A stretch of 64,000 nucleotides of DNA from Gracilinanus agilis (lineage: Eukaryota), in contig NC_058130.1 in NCBI RefSeq assembly GCF_016433145.1, positions 480,076,876 through 480,140,875 on the forward strand, given 5' to 3'. The position numbers were made by a program, and so were the translations under genes. Under the pieces are notes generated by a model. The model ran no database searches. It was not told where the DNA came from and worked only from the letters and a program-made list of their open reading frames with translations. This document shows, piece after piece, positions 62,140-64,000 of the stretch (the first letter of the stretch is position 1; each line of letters opens with the position of its first letter).

Positions 62140-63599
62140 GCCTAGGAGAACCTTCCTCTTTACTTAAGTCTCCTAAATTGAGGAGATAATTACAGGTTTG
62201 TTGTAAATGAGCTATGAGTGTTCTCAGATATTTAAATATTTTTTTCAGTTTAATGAGTATATCAATCTGATGAAAGGAGATTAAAATTTAACTCCTAGAG
62301 TTTTGTGTGATCTTGGACAATTAAGTGATTGAATTTCTCTGTTCAGGGGAAAGGAAGGGAATGCAGATGGAGAGATCAGGGAGAGGTCCAGAGAAATGAG
62401 ATAGGTATAAATTTATCACCAGAAGAATGGATGACAGAGATTTGATGGATATTTGTCAAGATTTTAGAGCAAGATGATGTTAAAAAATTACATCATTTGC
62501 TAGATCTAAGGGGCCAATAGGATGTTTTGACAGGGTCTTCAAAGTATTCTTTCCTAATTTAGTTCACTTTATTTTCACAACTTTGCATTGACTAGAGCAT
62601 TTTCTTTTGATCAAACATCAGTACACAGCATTTTAATAATCTGTCCTAAGGTTACTAGTGCATTTTCCAATGCTGCTGGGCCAATTTTCATTTCAAACAC
62701 ACATGATATTGTCAAAAGAGAAGTCTAGAATTTTAGTGACATTAATCGCCATGGTTACCTCATTTTGGAAAATACCATGTGGCTAAGCTAAAAAATATCT
62801 CCTGGGATATGTTCTTATTTAATTCTATGATGTATTTTGAAGACTGTATTTTATTTTAGGAAAGTATGGATGTTAGAGTACAAAGGCTTGGAAAAACTCA
62901 GTCCAATTCTTATCACCAAGGTAAAATAGTGTTTTTGTTTCTGGTAAATATCAAATTGCAGTGAAAATAATGATGGTTTGGAGGTAACATCTATGTTTCA
63001 ATACAATTTTTTTTATTTCATGCTCTACATGAACATGCATATAAGCCTCATTTCTTCATTCTTTAATTTGTGGTAAATACTCCCTATCATGGAGTAAGTT
63101 ACTTTCTAGGAGTAAATTGTAATGATTTAGAGAATTTGAGCCCTTCAATATTCTAGTCAATAAATTAAGAAGACTGAATATAGGGATTGTGGTAGTGAAT
63201 TCATTTAATAAACACATAATTCCTATTCAAGAAGTCGTTTACTCATCATTAAATGTGTATGAACAAACCACTTCTTTTGTTTTGACATTTTAATTGACCA
63301 AAATTCAATTTCATGTATATATAAATGAAATATATGCTATACTTTTTAAAATATTATATTGTTTTTTTCTTTTTCCCAAAGGTATTTTTCTGGTCACATC
63401 TATAGCAATGCAAATAGAAAAAATACAGAAAATTGAGCATTAATATGACCAGTCTTCAACCAGAAGAAAGACTATTTCTATTAAGCCTCCCTTTCTTCTT
63501 TCCAGAGGAGAAAGCTATAGTTTTCAAATATGTTAACATCCAATTTAATTAGTTGGTAGGGTTTTTATAATTGTCTTTGTTTTTTTAATTGAAAGACTA

Positions 63600-64000
63600 G
63601 AATTCTCTCTTTCTCCCATAGAGATCTAGCAGTTTTATTTTAGCTCTTTCCAATCCTCTACAATAATTGATAAAGATCACAAGACTAAATTCTGATTAAG
63701 AATTCTAAAAAAAGTCACAGTGAGACATTTTCTTGCCCAGGGTAGCTTAGGAAGAGAGAGAGATATGTATGTGGACAATAAAGTGAAGATTAACCAGTAG
63801 TGAAGTGTATGAATAATGCCAGCACAGCTAGACACATGGCCATGGAGCAGAAATAGTAGTGGGGAGCAGACCCAGGCCTAAGGATGTTAAAGGATTGAAC
63901 ATCTGGGCAGAAAGAGATATGAAGGGACATGAACAATAGCACCGAGATTAGGAACATGTTTCACCTGCCAAGCCTATCACCTACTAACCAGTTTAGGGTG
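63600..64000 (+). mobile_element. Old L1 5' UTR running off the window
   Basis: ttagctctttccaatcctct...aaaaagtcacagtgagacattttcttgcccagggtagcttaggaag resembles the L1 5' UTR type at 36905-37190. Confidence 0.5.

Noticed and set aside
61409-62145. ORFs of 60-122 aa
   Set aside because: GC-rich body of a non-autonomous hAT element; no transposase motifs.
1-64000. CRISPR array, rRNA, NUMT or filo/borna/parvovirus EVE
   Set aside because: No regularly spaced repeats and no rRNA, mitochondrial or non-retroviral motifs recognised by eye; a tBLASTn search would be needed to exclude very decayed EVEs.

Overview
AT-rich, CpG-depleted mammalian DNA. The repeat complement (SINE-1_MD-like tRNA SINEs, Mar1/MIR CORE-SINEs, marsupial L1, L2, L3, ERV1-type LTRs, hAT MITEs) points to a marsupial, most likely an opossum such as Monodelphis (inference from repeat content). 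I cannot identify any protein-coding host gene: the window looks intronic or intergenic, and nearly all ORFs in the supplied track come from repeats or chance. The main structure is a four-level nested cluster at about 36.9-49.3 kb. An old L1 holds a solo LTR, which is split by a 6.9-kb provirus (37396-44319; matching 4-bp TSD ACAG, PBS, PPT, two LTRs). That provirus carries only a decayed gag (capsid plus CCHC, with a hydrophobic N-terminus and an Asn-rich tail), has no recognisable pro/pol/env, and hosts two further LTRs. Its LTR pair differs by about 3% over U3/R but about 14% over U5. A separate pair of solo LTRs 38 kb apart shares a 96-bp identical block containing a hairpin. There are also three TIR/TSD-bounded hAT elements of different ages, four TSD-bounded young SINEs, a perfect (AC)n(GT)n palindrome and a few unexplained coding-like or exon-like islands. 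Boundaries of old repeats are approximate and no database search was possible.
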